A stretch of 32,000 nucleotides of DNA, from NCBI GenBank assembly GCA_017450465.1, contig JAFSUW010000004.1:5604-37603 (forward strand), given 5' to 3'. The stretch is from Clostridia bacterium (GTDB lineage: Bacteria > Bacillota > Clostridia > TANB77 > RGIG9151). Made by a program: the position numbers and the translations under genes. The notes beneath the pieces were generated by a model that was not told the DNA's origin, made no database searches, and saw only the letters and a list, made by a program, of their open reading frames with translations. Within the stretch, counting starts at the first letter, position 1. Every line of letters begins with the position of its first letter. Positions 15,496 through 24,470 of the stretch are shown here, piece after piece.

Positions 15496-16404
15496 GTGAG
15501 AATAGTATTTATGGGAACACCAGATTTTGCTGTTAGTTCACTAGATAAAATAGTACGACTAGGCCACGAGGTACCATTAGTTGTTACACAACCAGATAGA
15601 CCACAAAACCGTGGTATGAAATTAAAACCATGCGCAGTAAAGGAGTATGCAATGGAGCATGGTTTAAATGTGGTTTCTCCAGAAAAAATAAGGACAGATA
15701 GTGAATTCTTAGAGATGTATAAAAACATAAAACCAGATTTAACAGTGGTTGTAGCGTTTGGCCAAATACTTCCGGAAGAAGTATTAAATGTGCCACGTCT
15801 TGGTTCTATAAATGTTCATGGTTCGCTACTTCCAAAGTATAGAGGAGCTGCCCCAATACAGTGGGCAGTTATAAATGGGGATAAAACAACAGGTATTACA
15901 ACAATGTTTATGGATAAGGGAATGGACACTGGCGATATTATTTTACAAGATGAAACTAAAATAGGTGAAACTGAAACTGCTGGAGAATTATTTGACAGAC
16001 TAGCTATTATGGGTGCAGAAACTCTTGAAAAGACGTTAAAACTTTTTGAGGAAGGTAATGTAACTCGTACAAAGCAGGATGAACAAAAAGCAACATATGC
16101 ATCGATGCTAAATAAAGAAATTGCAAATATTGATTATACAAAAACATCTGAAGAAATAGTGAATTTGGTTCGTGGATTAAATCCGTGGCCGGTTGCGATA
16201 ACAGTATTAAACGGTGTAAAGCTTAAAGTGTATAGTGCAAAAAAAGTAAGTTTATCTGGAATACCGGGTGAAATACTAAAAGCAAGCAGTAAAGAAGGTT
16301 TAGTAATAGCAACTAAGGATAGTGCAGTAGAATTAATTGAAATTCAGCCAGAAAACAAAAAGAGGATGGAAGCAAAAGCATATTTATTGGGTAATAAGAT
16401 ATAG
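15496..16404 (+). CDS. fmt: methionyl-tRNA formyltransferase
   Basis: 302 aa, GTG start after AGGGGG. MRIVFMGTPDFA N-terminus. HGSLLPKYRGAAPIQ formyltransferase motif. Confidence 0.92.
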   Translation: MRIVFMGTPDFAVSSLDKIVRLGHEVPLVVTQPDRPQNRGMKLKPCAVKEYAMEHGLNVVSPEKIRTDSEFLEMYKNIKPDLTVVVAFGQILPEEVLNVPRLGSINVHGSLLPKYRGAAPIQWAVINGDKTTGITTMFMDKGMDTGDIILQDETKIGETETAGELFDRLAIMGAETLEKTLKLFEEGNVTRTKQDEQKATYASMLNKEIANIDYTKTSEEIVNLVRGLNPWPVAITVLNGVKLKVYSAKKVSLSGIPGEILKASSKEGLVIATKDSAVELIEIQPENKKRMEAKAYLLGNKI

Positions 16405-16406
16405 TA

Positions 16407-16440
16407 AAGGAGCACTTGTGTGCTTCTTTTTTTGTTTTTT
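16407..16440 (+). terminator. rho-independent terminator after fmt
   Basis: 9-bp stem AAGGAGCAC (16407-16415) / GTGCTTCTT (16420-16428) with one G-T wobble, followed by a long T-run. Confidence 0.7.
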
Positions 16441-16505
16441 GTTCTAACTTGAAACTTCCTTGCATATTGTTGTAAAGAAAAAACGCGTACAAGGAGGTAA
16501 TATAG

Positions 16506-17984
16506 GTGGAAAAATACGATATTTACGAAGATATTGCCACAAGAACCAATGGTGATATTTATATAGGGGTTGTAGGACCTGTGAGGACAGGAAAATCGAC
16601 TTTTATAAAAAGGTTCATGGATTTAGTTGTAATACCAAACATTGAAGATGTTTATAAACAAGAAAGAGCAAAAGATGAGCTCCCTCAAAGTGCCTCCGGG
16701 CGTACAATAATGACAACAGAGCCAAAATTTATTCCAAACGAGGCGGTTAAAGTAACCTTAGATAATAATATACAAATGAATGTAAGGTTGGTTGATTGTG
16801 TCGGTTTTTTGGTAAATGGTGCGTTAGGATCTATGGAAGGTGATAATCCGCGTATGATAACTACCCCTTGGAATAGTGAGCGTATACCATTTGAAGAGGC
16901 GGCAGAAATTGGCACAGAAAAAGTAATAAATGAGCATTCGACAATTGGCTTAGTAGTAACTACTGATGGTACGATTTCCGAAATTCCAAGAGGAGCATAT
17001 GTAGATGCAGAGCAGAGGGTTATTGGCGAACTAAAGAAGTTAAATAAACCTTTTGTGGTACTTTTGAATTCTGCATATCCAGAAAGTAGTGACACGATAA
17101 AATTAAAAGAAGAGCTTGAAGAAAAATATGACACACCTGTAGTTGTTGTAGATTGTATGGGGCTTACGGTTGATGATATAAACGAAATATTAAAAAATGT
17201 TTTAATGGAATTTCCAATAGATGAAATAAATATAGATTTGCCAAGTTGGATAGAAGGGTTAGAAAGTACGCATCCGCTAAAAAGTAAGTTGATTAGCGAT
17301 ATAAAAGATATATTTTGTGATGTAAAAACTATGCGTGAAGTAGTAGAAGCAGCGAAAAATCTTACTAATTGTGAGAATGTAACAGAGGCAATAATAGATA
17401 CAATTGATATGGGTAAAGGAACGGCAAAAATTAATTTGAAGTTCCCCGAAGAATTATTTTACAAGATTCTTAGCGAACTTGCTGGTGTTACGGTTAATAA
17501 TCAGAGCGAACTTGTAAAAACGATTGAGCATATGGCCAAAATAAAACATGAATATGATAAAGTTTCATTTGCACTTCATGAAGTAAATGAAAAGGGTTAT
17601 GGTATTGTTACGCCAAGCATGGAAGAAATGAAATTAGAAGAGCCGGAGATTGTAAAGCAAGGTGGGAAATTTGGTGTAAAGTTAAGAGCTAGTGCCCCAA
17701 GTATACATATGATAAGAGCCGATATCGAAACAGAAGTTTCGCCGATTGTAGGAAGTGAAAGACAGTCTGAGGAATTAGTAGAATATTTAATGAGTGAGTT
17801 TGAACAAGACCCTAAAAAAATATGGGAGTCGAATATATTTGGTAAGTCGCTACACGAACTTGTGAGTGAGGGGCTTCATAATAAACTTTATAAAATGCCC
17901 GAGGATGCGCAGGAAAAGTTACAGGAGACTTTGCAAAAAATAATAAACGAGGGTAGTGGTGGATTAATTTGCATCATACTATAA
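16506..17984 (+). CDS. spoIVA: stage IV sporulation protein A (spore-coat basement-layer ATPase)
   Basis: 492 aa, GTG start after AGGAGG. N-terminus MEKYDIYEDIATRTNGDIYIGVVGPVRTGKSTFIKRFM (Walker A) is characteristic of SpoIVA. Confidence 0.93.
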   Translation: MEKYDIYEDIATRTNGDIYIGVVGPVRTGKSTFIKRFMDLVVIPNIEDVYKQERAKDELPQSASGRTIMTTEPKFIPNEAVKVTLDNNIQMNVRLVDCVGFLVNGALGSMEGDNPRMITTPWNSERIPFEEAAEIGTEKVINEHSTIGLVVTTDGTISEIPRGAYVDAEQRVIGELKKLNKPFVVLLNSAYPESSDTIKLKEELEEKYDTPVVVVDCMGLTVDDINEILKNVLMEFPIDEINIDLPSWIEGLESTHPLKSKLISDIKDIFCDVKTMREVVEAAKNLTNCENVTEAIIDTIDMGKGTAKINLKFPEELFYKILSELAGVTVNNQSELVKTIEHMAKIKHEYDKVSFALHEVNEKGYGIVTPSMEEMKLEEPEIVKQGGKFGVKLRASAPSIHMIRADIETEVSPIVGSERQSEELVEYLMSEFEQDPKKIWESNIFGKSLHELVSEGLHNKLYKMPEDAQEKLQETLQKIINEGSGGLICIIL

Positions 17985-17998
17985 TAAATTTTTTAATA

Positions 17999-18193
17999 AG
18001 TAAAAGACAATAAATAACGTTCACTGGGCTTCGCTTGATCATTTCTTGCCAAAACGATTGCCGGTCGCTCACACAAGACGTCCTTGTCTTGTCTTCGCTC
18101 AAAAAAACATCCTGTTTTTTTGTCCGGCAAAAACTGTTTTGGAGAAATGTCAAACTCTCACCCAATGTTCACTTATATTTATTGTCTTTTGCT
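17999..18193. repeat. ~195-bp inverted-repeat-bounded, rod-folding intergenic element (MITE-like or structured RNA)
   Basis: 18-nt terminal inverted repeat AG[T/C]AAAAGACAATAAATA (17999-18016 vs 18176-18193, 17/18). Nested helices: 18025-28/18161-64, 18049-55/18136-42, 18058-64/18124-30. Internal A9/T9-type hairpin at 18101-18121. Confidence 0.6.
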
Positions 18194-18232
18194 TATTTAT
18201 TATTCATGAACGCAAATTATAATTTATATGAT

Positions 18233-18261
18233 TTGCAAAATTTGGTAATATATAGTATAAT
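18233..18261 (+). promoter_or_regulatory. sigmaA-type promoter for lgt
   Basis: TTGCAA (18233-18238), 17-nt spacer, TATAAT (18256-18261). Confidence 0.55.
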
Positions 18262-18281
18262 AGCCATCGAGGTTGAAAATT

Positions 18282-19067
18282 ATGGATTATAATATAGCGT
18301 TTCCGAATTTACATTTGTATTTTTATATTGATAAAATAGCGTTTTCAGTGTTTGGCAAAGATATTTATTGGTATGGAATAATAATAGCTTTGGCTATTTT
18401 AGTGTGCATGTTTTTAGCAAAAAAGCAAAATAAAACCTATGGCATTAAATATGACGATATAGAAAACTTTGCATTAATTACAATACCTTTTTGTATAATT
18501 GGTGCACGGCTTTATTATGTACTATTTAATTTAAGTTACTATAGCAAAAATTTTCTAGATATATTTAAAATCTGGAATGGCGGACTTGCTATATATGGCG
18601 GAATTATAGCAGCTGTTTTAACTGCATTTGTATATTGCAAGAAATTGAAAATAAATATACTTGATTTGTTAGATGCTTGTGCACCGTATTTAGCATTAGG
18701 TCAGGCGATAGGGCGTTGGGGCAACTTCGTAAATCGTGAGGCATATGGTGTAGTTACAAATTCTTTTTTTAGAATGGAAATAATAAATGATTTCGGGAAA
18801 CTTATTTCAGTACATCCTACTTTTTTATATGAATCTATTGGATTAATTATAATTTTTATGGTTTTAATAAAAACTAATAGAAAATATAAAGGTGAAATTA
18901 CACTTAAATATTTTGCGGGATATGGCTTTATAAGATTTTTTATCGAATATTTAAGAACAGATAGTTTAATGTTTTTCAATATAAAAGTTTCCATGTTACT
19001 ATCATTAGTTTTGTTTATTGTAAGTGTTACGTTATTAATAAAAAATAGGCACAAAAAAACGGCTTAA
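18282..19067 (+). CDS. lgt: prolipoprotein diacylglyceryl transferase
   Basis: Polytopic membrane protein with the Lgt signature GRWGNFVNREAYG. The ORF is open from TTG-18273, but ATG-18282 has GAGG 9 nt upstream. Confidence 0.9.
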   Translation: MDYNIAFPNLHLYFYIDKIAFSVFGKDIYWYGIIIALAILVCMFLAKKQNKTYGIKYDDIENFALITIPFCIIGARLYYVLFNLSYYSKNFLDIFKIWNGGLAIYGGIIAAVLTAFVYCKKLKINILDLLDACAPYLALGQAIGRWGNFVNREAYGVVTNSFFRMEIINDFGKLISVHPTFLYESIGLIIIFMVLIKTNRKYKGEITLKYFAGYGFIRFFIEYLRTDSLMFFNIKVSMLLSLVLFIVSVTLLIKNRHKKTA

Positions 19068-19080
19068 AAGCCGTTTTTTA
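19054..19080. terminator. bidirectional terminator between lgt and the convergent CBM-like gene
   Basis: AAAAAAACGGC-TTAAAA-GCCGTTTTTT, overlapping the lgt stop codon. Confidence 0.65.
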
Positions 19081-19088
19081 TATATTAA

Positions 19089-19664
19089 TTATTGTTTCCA
19101 TAAACTTGAGAAAATACCTTTATTCTTTTTGCTTGAACCAGCAACATCTCTCGGAATAAAGTTAAATAATCTATAGAACATAAGTTTATTTTTCTTTCTT
19201 TGAATGTATGCTTCAGTAATGTTCTTTGAAGGAACTAAACTTAGTTCATTAGGAATTACTGGAGTAGCACTTTCAATAATTTTAGAAACTTCACTCATCT
19301 TTGCTTCAACTTTGTTTGTTACAGGTGAGATTAATGTTTCTGATGTTGCTTTAATCATTTTTGGTCTTGCAACATCATAAGTATAGTTTTTGCATGAATT
19401 GTTGTCCCAGTTGTTCTTAGTATCTCTGAAACAGAAATTTAATGTATCAGCTTTTACCATTGGAACTTCTGCAACATAACCATCTGTAGTTTTTGTCATT
19501 TTGATTTCAGCTAAGTTCTCCCACATAGCACCAAATCCTAAGTGGATGTAGAGCTCTTCATTCTCTGATTTTGCTAAAGGTCCGTTATATACAATCTTTG
19601 CTGTCTTTCCTTGAAACAAATCAGCCGCATTTATAAATACGTTACTTTTATTCTTCATACTCAT
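19089..19664 (-). CDS. hypothetical protein with an N-terminal CBM25/CBM53-like (starch/glycogen-binding) module and no signal peptide
   Basis: 191 aa. Pattern KIVYNG.L......LYIHLGFG..WE......M.......YVAEVPM..A..LNFCFRD..NNWDNN....Y resembles starch-binding modules of starch synthase III type. Confidence 0.4.
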   Translation of the reverse strand: MSMKNKSNVFINAADLFQGKTAKIVYNGPLAKSENEELYIHLGFGAMWENLAEIKMTKTTDGYVAEVPMVKADTLNFCFRDTKNNWDNNSCKNYTYDVARPKMIKATSETLISPVTNKVEAKMSEVSKIIESATPVIPNELSLVPSKNITEAYIQRKKNKLMFYRLFNFIPRDVAGSSKKNKGIFSSLWKQ

Positions 19665-19928
19665 GACCTCCGATTTATCATTTGTTTTTGTAATTCTATC
19701 TTTAATATCGGAACTTTTTTATTTTACTTTAGATAATTTTTAAAAAAATTTGAATTTTTTTAAAATTGTTGAAGGAATTGTTTGTTAATAACCATTCCAG
19801 GCAACGATTTATTTTTTATAAAAAAATAAAAAAAGACTATGAAAACAAAAATTAAAGTAATATAATAAATAAGTAAAAAAATATATTTCGGGTAGCAACT
19901 ATGTTAGACGTGAATAAGGAGGATACTT

Positions 19929-21353
19929 ATGAAAAAAACAGTCTTATCGCTTGGTATAGCAGGTATAATTTTAGGTTCATCAATCTCAATGGCTTTTTCA
20001 GATGTTAAGGATACGCACTGGGCTAAAGAAGAGATAGATGCAATGACTGAAAGAGGAATAATATCAGGATATACGGATGGAACTTTTAGACCTTCGCGTG
20101 AACTTAGCAAAATAGAAGCGATTATACTACTTTCAAAAGTCGCAGGAATAAATAAATATACTGATGCTGCAACATATTTTGAAAAAGAATTTAGCAAAGA
20201 TTTAGAAAATTATAGTACAAAATATAAAAGCCAAGTAAGTTATCTACTTGGGGTTGGAGTTTTGACTAAAGCTGATCTAGAGGGCTTTGTTGCTGATGAT
20301 AAAGCAAATACTCCAATATCGCGTGAAGAGATGGCAGTGCTTGTAACAAGAGCTCTTGGCAAAGAAGATGATGTGCTTGCAAAATCATTCTTTGTACTAC
20401 CTTTTACAGATGCTTCAAGCATAAAAACAGGTTATAAAGCATATGTAGAATTTGTATATAATGAAGGCATTATGAAGGGCGTTACAGAAAATACATTCTC
20501 GCCAAAGACATCTGTAACAAGGGCACAAATGGCAATAATATTAAATGATATAATTGATAGAGTTAATATAAAACCAGTAGTTCCAGAGGCAGAAAAAACT
20601 GATGAAACAGATAAAAAAGAAGATACAGAAGCAACGAGTAGAGCGTCTATATCACTAAATGTTACACAAGGTAATGTTACAGCAATAGATACATTAAAGC
20701 AAACAATAACAATAAATAAAGATGATTATAAATATTCTGAATCTACGCTATTCTATGTAGATGACGAAAGAGCTGATGAATACGATGTAGAAGAAGGCAT
20801 GGAATTAGAGAAGGCAGTAGTAAAAGATGGATTAATAACTTCAATAAAATTAAATTCTGTTGAATATAACATAGATAAAACAACAGGTACAGTTAAAGGC
20901 GAAATAATATCAATAAATATAACAAGTGAAAAAGTTATAACACTTGAGGTAGATAAAAAGGAAAAAACCTATTTGCTAACTTCATCAACTAAATATTATA
21001 AAGATGATGTAAAAGCAAGTATTCTTGATTTTGAAACAGGAGATATCGTAACTGCTACTGTGGAAGATGGCGAAGTAACAAAAATAGTTTCTGGTGAAGA
21101 CGAAGAAGATACTGATAGTTATAAAGTAGGAACAATTAAATCTGTTAGTACATCGAATAAAACAATAAAAGTAGTATTTTCAGATGGAGAAGTAGAAAAC
21201 ATTTATTTAGCGTCAACATATAAAATATTAGATTCAGATGACGCATCTACATTAAAAATAGGAGAACTCAGTAAGGGCGATAAAATAGTAGCGTTTGGTA
21301 AATATAAGAGTTCAAAATATACAGCAAACGTTGTAATAGTATATTACGAATAA
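19929..21353 (+). CDS. S-layer homology (SLH) domain cell-wall-associated protein
   Basis: 474 aa. Signal peptide ending SISMA/FS. Three SLH units (FSDVKDTHWAKEEIDAMTERGIISGY..., ...LGVGVLTK..., FTDASSIKTGYKAYVEFVYNEGIMKG...). Acidic linker, then three ~55-aa beta-rich repeats. Confidence 0.8.
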   Translation: MKKTVLSLGIAGIILGSSISMAFSDVKDTHWAKEEIDAMTERGIISGYTDGTFRPSRELSKIEAIILLSKVAGINKYTDAATYFEKEFSKDLENYSTKYKSQVSYLLGVGVLTKADLEGFVADDKANTPISREEMAVLVTRALGKEDDVLAKSFFVLPFTDASSIKTGYKAYVEFVYNEGIMKGVTENTFSPKTSVTRAQMAIILNDIIDRVNIKPVVPEAEKTDETDKKEDTEATSRASISLNVTQGNVTAIDTLKQTITINKDDYKYSESTLFYVDDERADEYDVEEGMELEKAVVKDGLITSIKLNSVEYNIDKTTGTVKGEIISINITSEKVITLEVDKKEKTYLLTSSTKYYKDDVKASILDFETGDIVTATVEDGEVTKIVSGEDEEDTDSYKVGTIKSVSTSNKTIKVVFSDGEVENIYLASTYKILDSDDASTLKIGELSKGDKIVAFGKYKSSKYTANVVIVYYE

Positions 21354-21418
21354 AAATTGAATAAATTTTAATATATAAGACTATACTTATACCAAGAAAA
21401 TTCTTGGGAGGTAAACTT

Positions 21419-21697
21419 ATGACAGATTCATTTGGCTTTACAGAAGATGTAGAGAATAAGAGTTTAGGAGTATGGTCTTATATTATGAAAAAGTTTAGTG
21501 AAAAGGAAAAAACCGAAAAAGAAGTATTGTTAGAAAACTTAAAAGTAGCACAAGTTGAACTTGATACAGCAATAAATAACTATGATTTCGCAAAAGAGCC
21601 AGAACTTGTTGATTATTATACATATAACATAAAAGCGGCTCAAATGCGGTATGAATATTTGCTTAAGAAAGTAAAAAAAATAAACGAAGGGAATTGA
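21419..21697 (+). CDS. yaaL: YaaL-family protein (DUF2508)
   Basis: Small coiled protein with ...DYYTYNIKAAQMRYEYLLKKVK. GGGAGG RBS before ATG-21419. Sits immediately upstream of bofA, as in Bacillus. Confidence 0.65.
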   Translation: MTDSFGFTEDVENKSLGVWSYIMKKFSEKEKTEKEVLLENLKVAQVELDTAINNYDFAKEPELVDYYTYNIKAAQMRYEYLLKKVKKINEGN

Positions 21698-21966
21698 TGA
21701 AGATGGCAGAATTACCAGGAATTGCGATATTTGTTATCGCGGTAGTAGTATTATATTTGATACTTAAAGTGATTTCAGTACCAATTAAGATATTAAAATG
21801 GGTAGTATGCAATGCTATTGTGGGCGGTATAGTATTGTTTTTACTAAATCTTATTGGTGGATATTTTGGATTACATATTGATATAAATATAATATCAGCA
21901 TTAGTTACAGGTGTTTTAGGAATACCGGGCGTAATATTATTAATAATTTTAAAGTTTTTAGCATAA
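21697..21966 (+). CDS. bofA: pro-sigmaK processing inhibitor BofA
   Basis: ~89-aa two-TM protein, ...VVCNAIVGGIVLFLLNLIGGYFGLHIDINIISALVTGVLGIPGVILL. The start overlaps the yaaL stop (TGATG). ATG-21703 is an alternative start. Confidence 0.8.
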   Translation: MKMAELPGIAIFVIAVVVLYLILKVISVPIKILKWVVCNAIVGGIVLFLLNLIGGYFGLHIDINIISALVTGVLGIPGVILLIILKFLA

Positions 21967-21979
21967 TGGAGGATTAAAA

Positions 21980-22879
21980 ATGATTGATATTGCAATAATT
22001 GGAGCAGGACCAGCAGGACTTACTGCAAGTATATATGGAGCAAGAGCAGGATTAAAAACCGTAGTATTTGAAAAGAATTTTTCAGGTGGGCAAATGGTTG
22101 TGACAAGTGGGATAGAAAATTTCCCTGGGTTCATTGATATAAGCGGTAGCGATTTAGCATTAAAGATGGACGAACAGGCAAGAAAACTAGGGGTTGAATT
22201 TGTAAATTCCGAAATAAGTAATATAGATAAGAAAGAAACACATTTTGTACTTGAAACAAGCAAAGGTGTATATGAAGCAAAGAATGTAATAGTAGCAATG
22301 GGAGCATCTCCTAGAAAACTAGGTTTAGAAAGCGAAAAACGTTTAACTGGTTCAGGTGTTTCATATTGTGCAACATGTGATGGTGCCTTTTACAAAGGAG
22401 CTACAGTTGCAGTTGTTGGTGGAGGAAACACAGCACTTGAAGATGCTGAGTACTTATCAAGAATATGTAATAAAGTATATATAATACATAGAAGAGATGA
22501 GTTTAGGGCAGACAAAGTTTTACAAGATAGAGTTTTAAGTTTAAGTAATGTTGAAACTGTAACTAACTGTGTTACAGAAGATATTTTGGGTAAGTTCGAA
22601 GTTGAAAAGATTAAAGTAAAAAATGTGAAGACAGAAGAAACAAAAGACATAGATGTGACAGGTGTTTTTGTTGCTGTTGGTACAATACCAAACAGTAAGT
22701 TGGTAAGTAGCTTAGTTGAAACTGATGAATCTGGTTATATTAAAACTGACTCACAAATGAGGACAAGTGTTCCGGGTATATATGCAGTAGGGGATATTCG
22801 TAACACAAGTTTAAGACAAGTAATAACAGCATGCAGCGATGGAGCTATTGCAGTACATACTATAGTTACAAAGCAATAA
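21980..22879 (+). CDS. trxB: thioredoxin-disulfide reductase
   Basis: 299 aa. FAD motif IIGAGPAGLTA, redox-active CATCDG, NADPH motif VVGGGNTALEDA. Confidence 0.92.
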   Translation: MIDIAIIGAGPAGLTASIYGARAGLKTVVFEKNFSGGQMVVTSGIENFPGFIDISGSDLALKMDEQARKLGVEFVNSEISNIDKKETHFVLETSKGVYEAKNVIVAMGASPRKLGLESEKRLTGSGVSYCATCDGAFYKGATVAVVGGGNTALEDAEYLSRICNKVYIIHRRDEFRADKVLQDRVLSLSNVETVTNCVTEDILGKFEVEKIKVKNVKTEETKDIDVTGVFVAVGTIPNSKLVSSLVETDESGYIKTDSQMRTSVPGIYAVGDIRNTSLRQVITACSDGAIAVHTIVTKQ

Positions 22880-22882
22880 TAA

Positions 22883-22912
22883 TGTAGGGGCGGGTTTCCA
22901 TGCCCGCCCACA
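22883..22912. repeat. REP-like GC-rich hairpin (TGTAGGGGC type), probable trxB terminator
   Basis: TGTAG-GGGCGGG-TTTCCATG-CCCGCCC-ACA. Confidence 0.65.
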
Positions 22913-22925
22913 AATAGAGGTTAAT

Positions 22926-23327
22926 ATGAAGATAATAACAAAAAGTGAACAAGAAACATATGATTTTGCATATAATTTTGCCAAGTCGGTCAAAGACAAT
23001 GCTGTTATATGTTTAAATGGAGATTTAGGCGCAGGTAAAACAGTATTTGTAAAAGGGTTTGCTAAATATTTTAATGTAAATGAAATATCAAGCCCTACTT
23101 TTACAATAGTAAATGAATATAATGGCGATAAAACAATTTATCATTTTGATGTGTATCGTTTAACAGATGAGAATGATTTTTACGATATAGGTGGCGAAGA
23201 GTACATAGGGAATGGAATTTGTATAATAGAGTGGAGCAATATAATAAAAGAGGCATTACCTAAAGACGCTATACAAATATCTATAAATAAAATATCTGAA
23301 AACGAAAGAGAGATAGAGGTAAGTTAG
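22926..23327 (+). CDS. tsaE: tRNA t6A37 biosynthesis ATPase TsaE
   Basis: 133 aa. GDLGAGKT Walker A, SPTFTIVNEY, HFDVYRL motifs. Confidence 0.88.
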   Translation: MKIITKSEQETYDFAYNFAKSVKDNAVICLNGDLGAGKTVFVKGFAKYFNVNEISSPTFTIVNEYNGDKTIYHFDVYRLTDENDFYDIGGEEYIGNGICIIEWSNIIKEALPKDAIQISINKISENEREIEVS

Positions 23328-23329
23328 GT

Positions 23330-23971
23330 ATGAAAGTATTATCAGTAGATACGTCAAGTAAAGTAGCAACAGTAGCCGTTTTAAGAGATGGTGAAATTAT
23401 TTTAGAAAAAGAATCAGAAGACCAAAAAACACATTCTGAAAAAATAGTACCACTTGTAGACAGTGTATTAGAAGAAGCGAATTTAGAGTTAAAGGATATA
23501 GATGAATTTTGTGTTTGTATAGGCCCTGGCTCATTTACGGGTATACGAATAGGTGTATCATTAGTAAAAGCAATGGCAGAGGCATTAAACAAAAAAGTAG
23601 TTGGTGTTTCATCACTTTGTGGCTTAATAAATGCAGCGAATACGGATAATGTTTGTGCAATGATAGATGCGCTACATGACAATGTGTACTGCCAATATAA
23701 AATAGGAAATGATTATAGTACACCAGACTGCAAAAATATAAATGAATTAATAGAAGAATTAAAAATTAAAAATACTGAGATAACATTTATAGGTAATGGG
23801 GTTTTGTCACATAGGGCTTTACTTACCGAAAATATAAAATGTAAATTTAATGAAGTAGAATTTTCAAGGGCGAGTGATTTAGGATTATTTTCTTATAAAA
23901 ATAATTTAAAATCTGAGGAAGCTTACAAAATCGTTCCAATTTATCTTAGAAAGGCACAGCCGGAAAGGTAG
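23330..23971 (+). CDS. tsaB: tRNA t6A37 biosynthesis protein TsaB (YeaZ)
   Basis: 213 aa. MKVLSVDTSS..., GPGSFTGIRIG motif. Position between tsaE and rimI. Confidence 0.85.
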   Translation: MKVLSVDTSSKVATVAVLRDGEIILEKESEDQKTHSEKIVPLVDSVLEEANLELKDIDEFCVCIGPGSFTGIRIGVSLVKAMAEALNKKVVGVSSLCGLINAANTDNVCAMIDALHDNVYCQYKIGNDYSTPDCKNINELIEELKIKNTEITFIGNGVLSHRALLTENIKCKFNEVEFSRASDLGLFSYKNNLKSEEAYKIVPIYLRKAQPER

Positions 23972-24026
23972 TAATAGAAGGCGTTTCTATCAATTTTTAT
24001 ATTGATAAAAAATTTGGTGAAAAAAT

Positions 24027-24470
24027 ATGCAAAAAATAGTTATTGAATTAATGAAAGTTGACGATATTAAGAATGTACTAGAAGTTGAAGAAAAAAGTTT
24101 TACTATTCCATGGCATAAAGAATCGTTTGAAAATGAACTCAAAAATAATTTAGCTTTATATTTAGTAGCAAAGGTAGAAAATAAGGCAGTAGGATATGTT
24201 GGTGTCTGGCGTGTTTTAGACGAAGGGCACATAACAAATGTAGCAGTGCATCCAGATTATAGACGAAGAGGAATTGCAAAAGCACTAGTATCCGAACTGC
24301 TTTTATTGTGCGAAAAAGATGGAATCACGTCTTTTACATTAGAAGTTCGAAAAAGCAATAAAGTAGCATACGAGTTATATAAAAAATTAGGTTTTAAAGA
24401 AGAAGGAATACGTAAAAAGTATTATGCTGACAACAACGAAGATGCAATAATAATGTGGAAGAAGATATGA
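24027..24470 (+). CDS. rimI: ribosomal-protein-alanine N-acetyltransferase (GNAT)
   Basis: 147 aa. GNAT acetyl-CoA motif HPDYRRRGIAKALV. Conserved tsaE-tsaB-rimI synteny. Confidence 0.8.
   Translation: MQKIVIELMKVDDIKNVLEVEEKSFTIPWHKESFENELKNNLALYLVAKVENKAVGYVGVWRVLDEGHITNVAVHPDYRRRGIAKALVSELLLLCEKDGITSFTLEVRKSNKVAYELYKKLGFKEEGIRKKYYADNNEDAIIMWKKI

Noticed and set aside
16441-16505. Possible sigmaE promoter for spoIVA (GCATATT ... CGTACAAG)
   Set aside because: The spacer is about 17 nt rather than the ~14 nt I recall for sigmaE. The putative -10 abuts the RBS, leaving no room for a 5' UTR. It cannot be supported from sequence alone.
18035-18292. 85-aa + strand ORF across the spoIVA-lgt intergenic element
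   Set aside because: It has no RBS, runs into the lgt start region, and lies wholly within a nested inverted-repeat structure. It is more likely non-coding.
21392-21407. CCAAGAA-AA-TTCTTGG palindrome overlapping the yaaL RBS
   Set aside because: It is only 7 bp with a 2-nt loop and no T-run. It could modestly occlude the RBS, but it is too weak to call as a regulatory element.
21663-21995. 110-aa minus-strand ORF antisense to bofA
   Set aside because: It overlaps the conserved yaaL-bofA pair. It is hydrophobic because it mirrors the bofA TM-segment codons.
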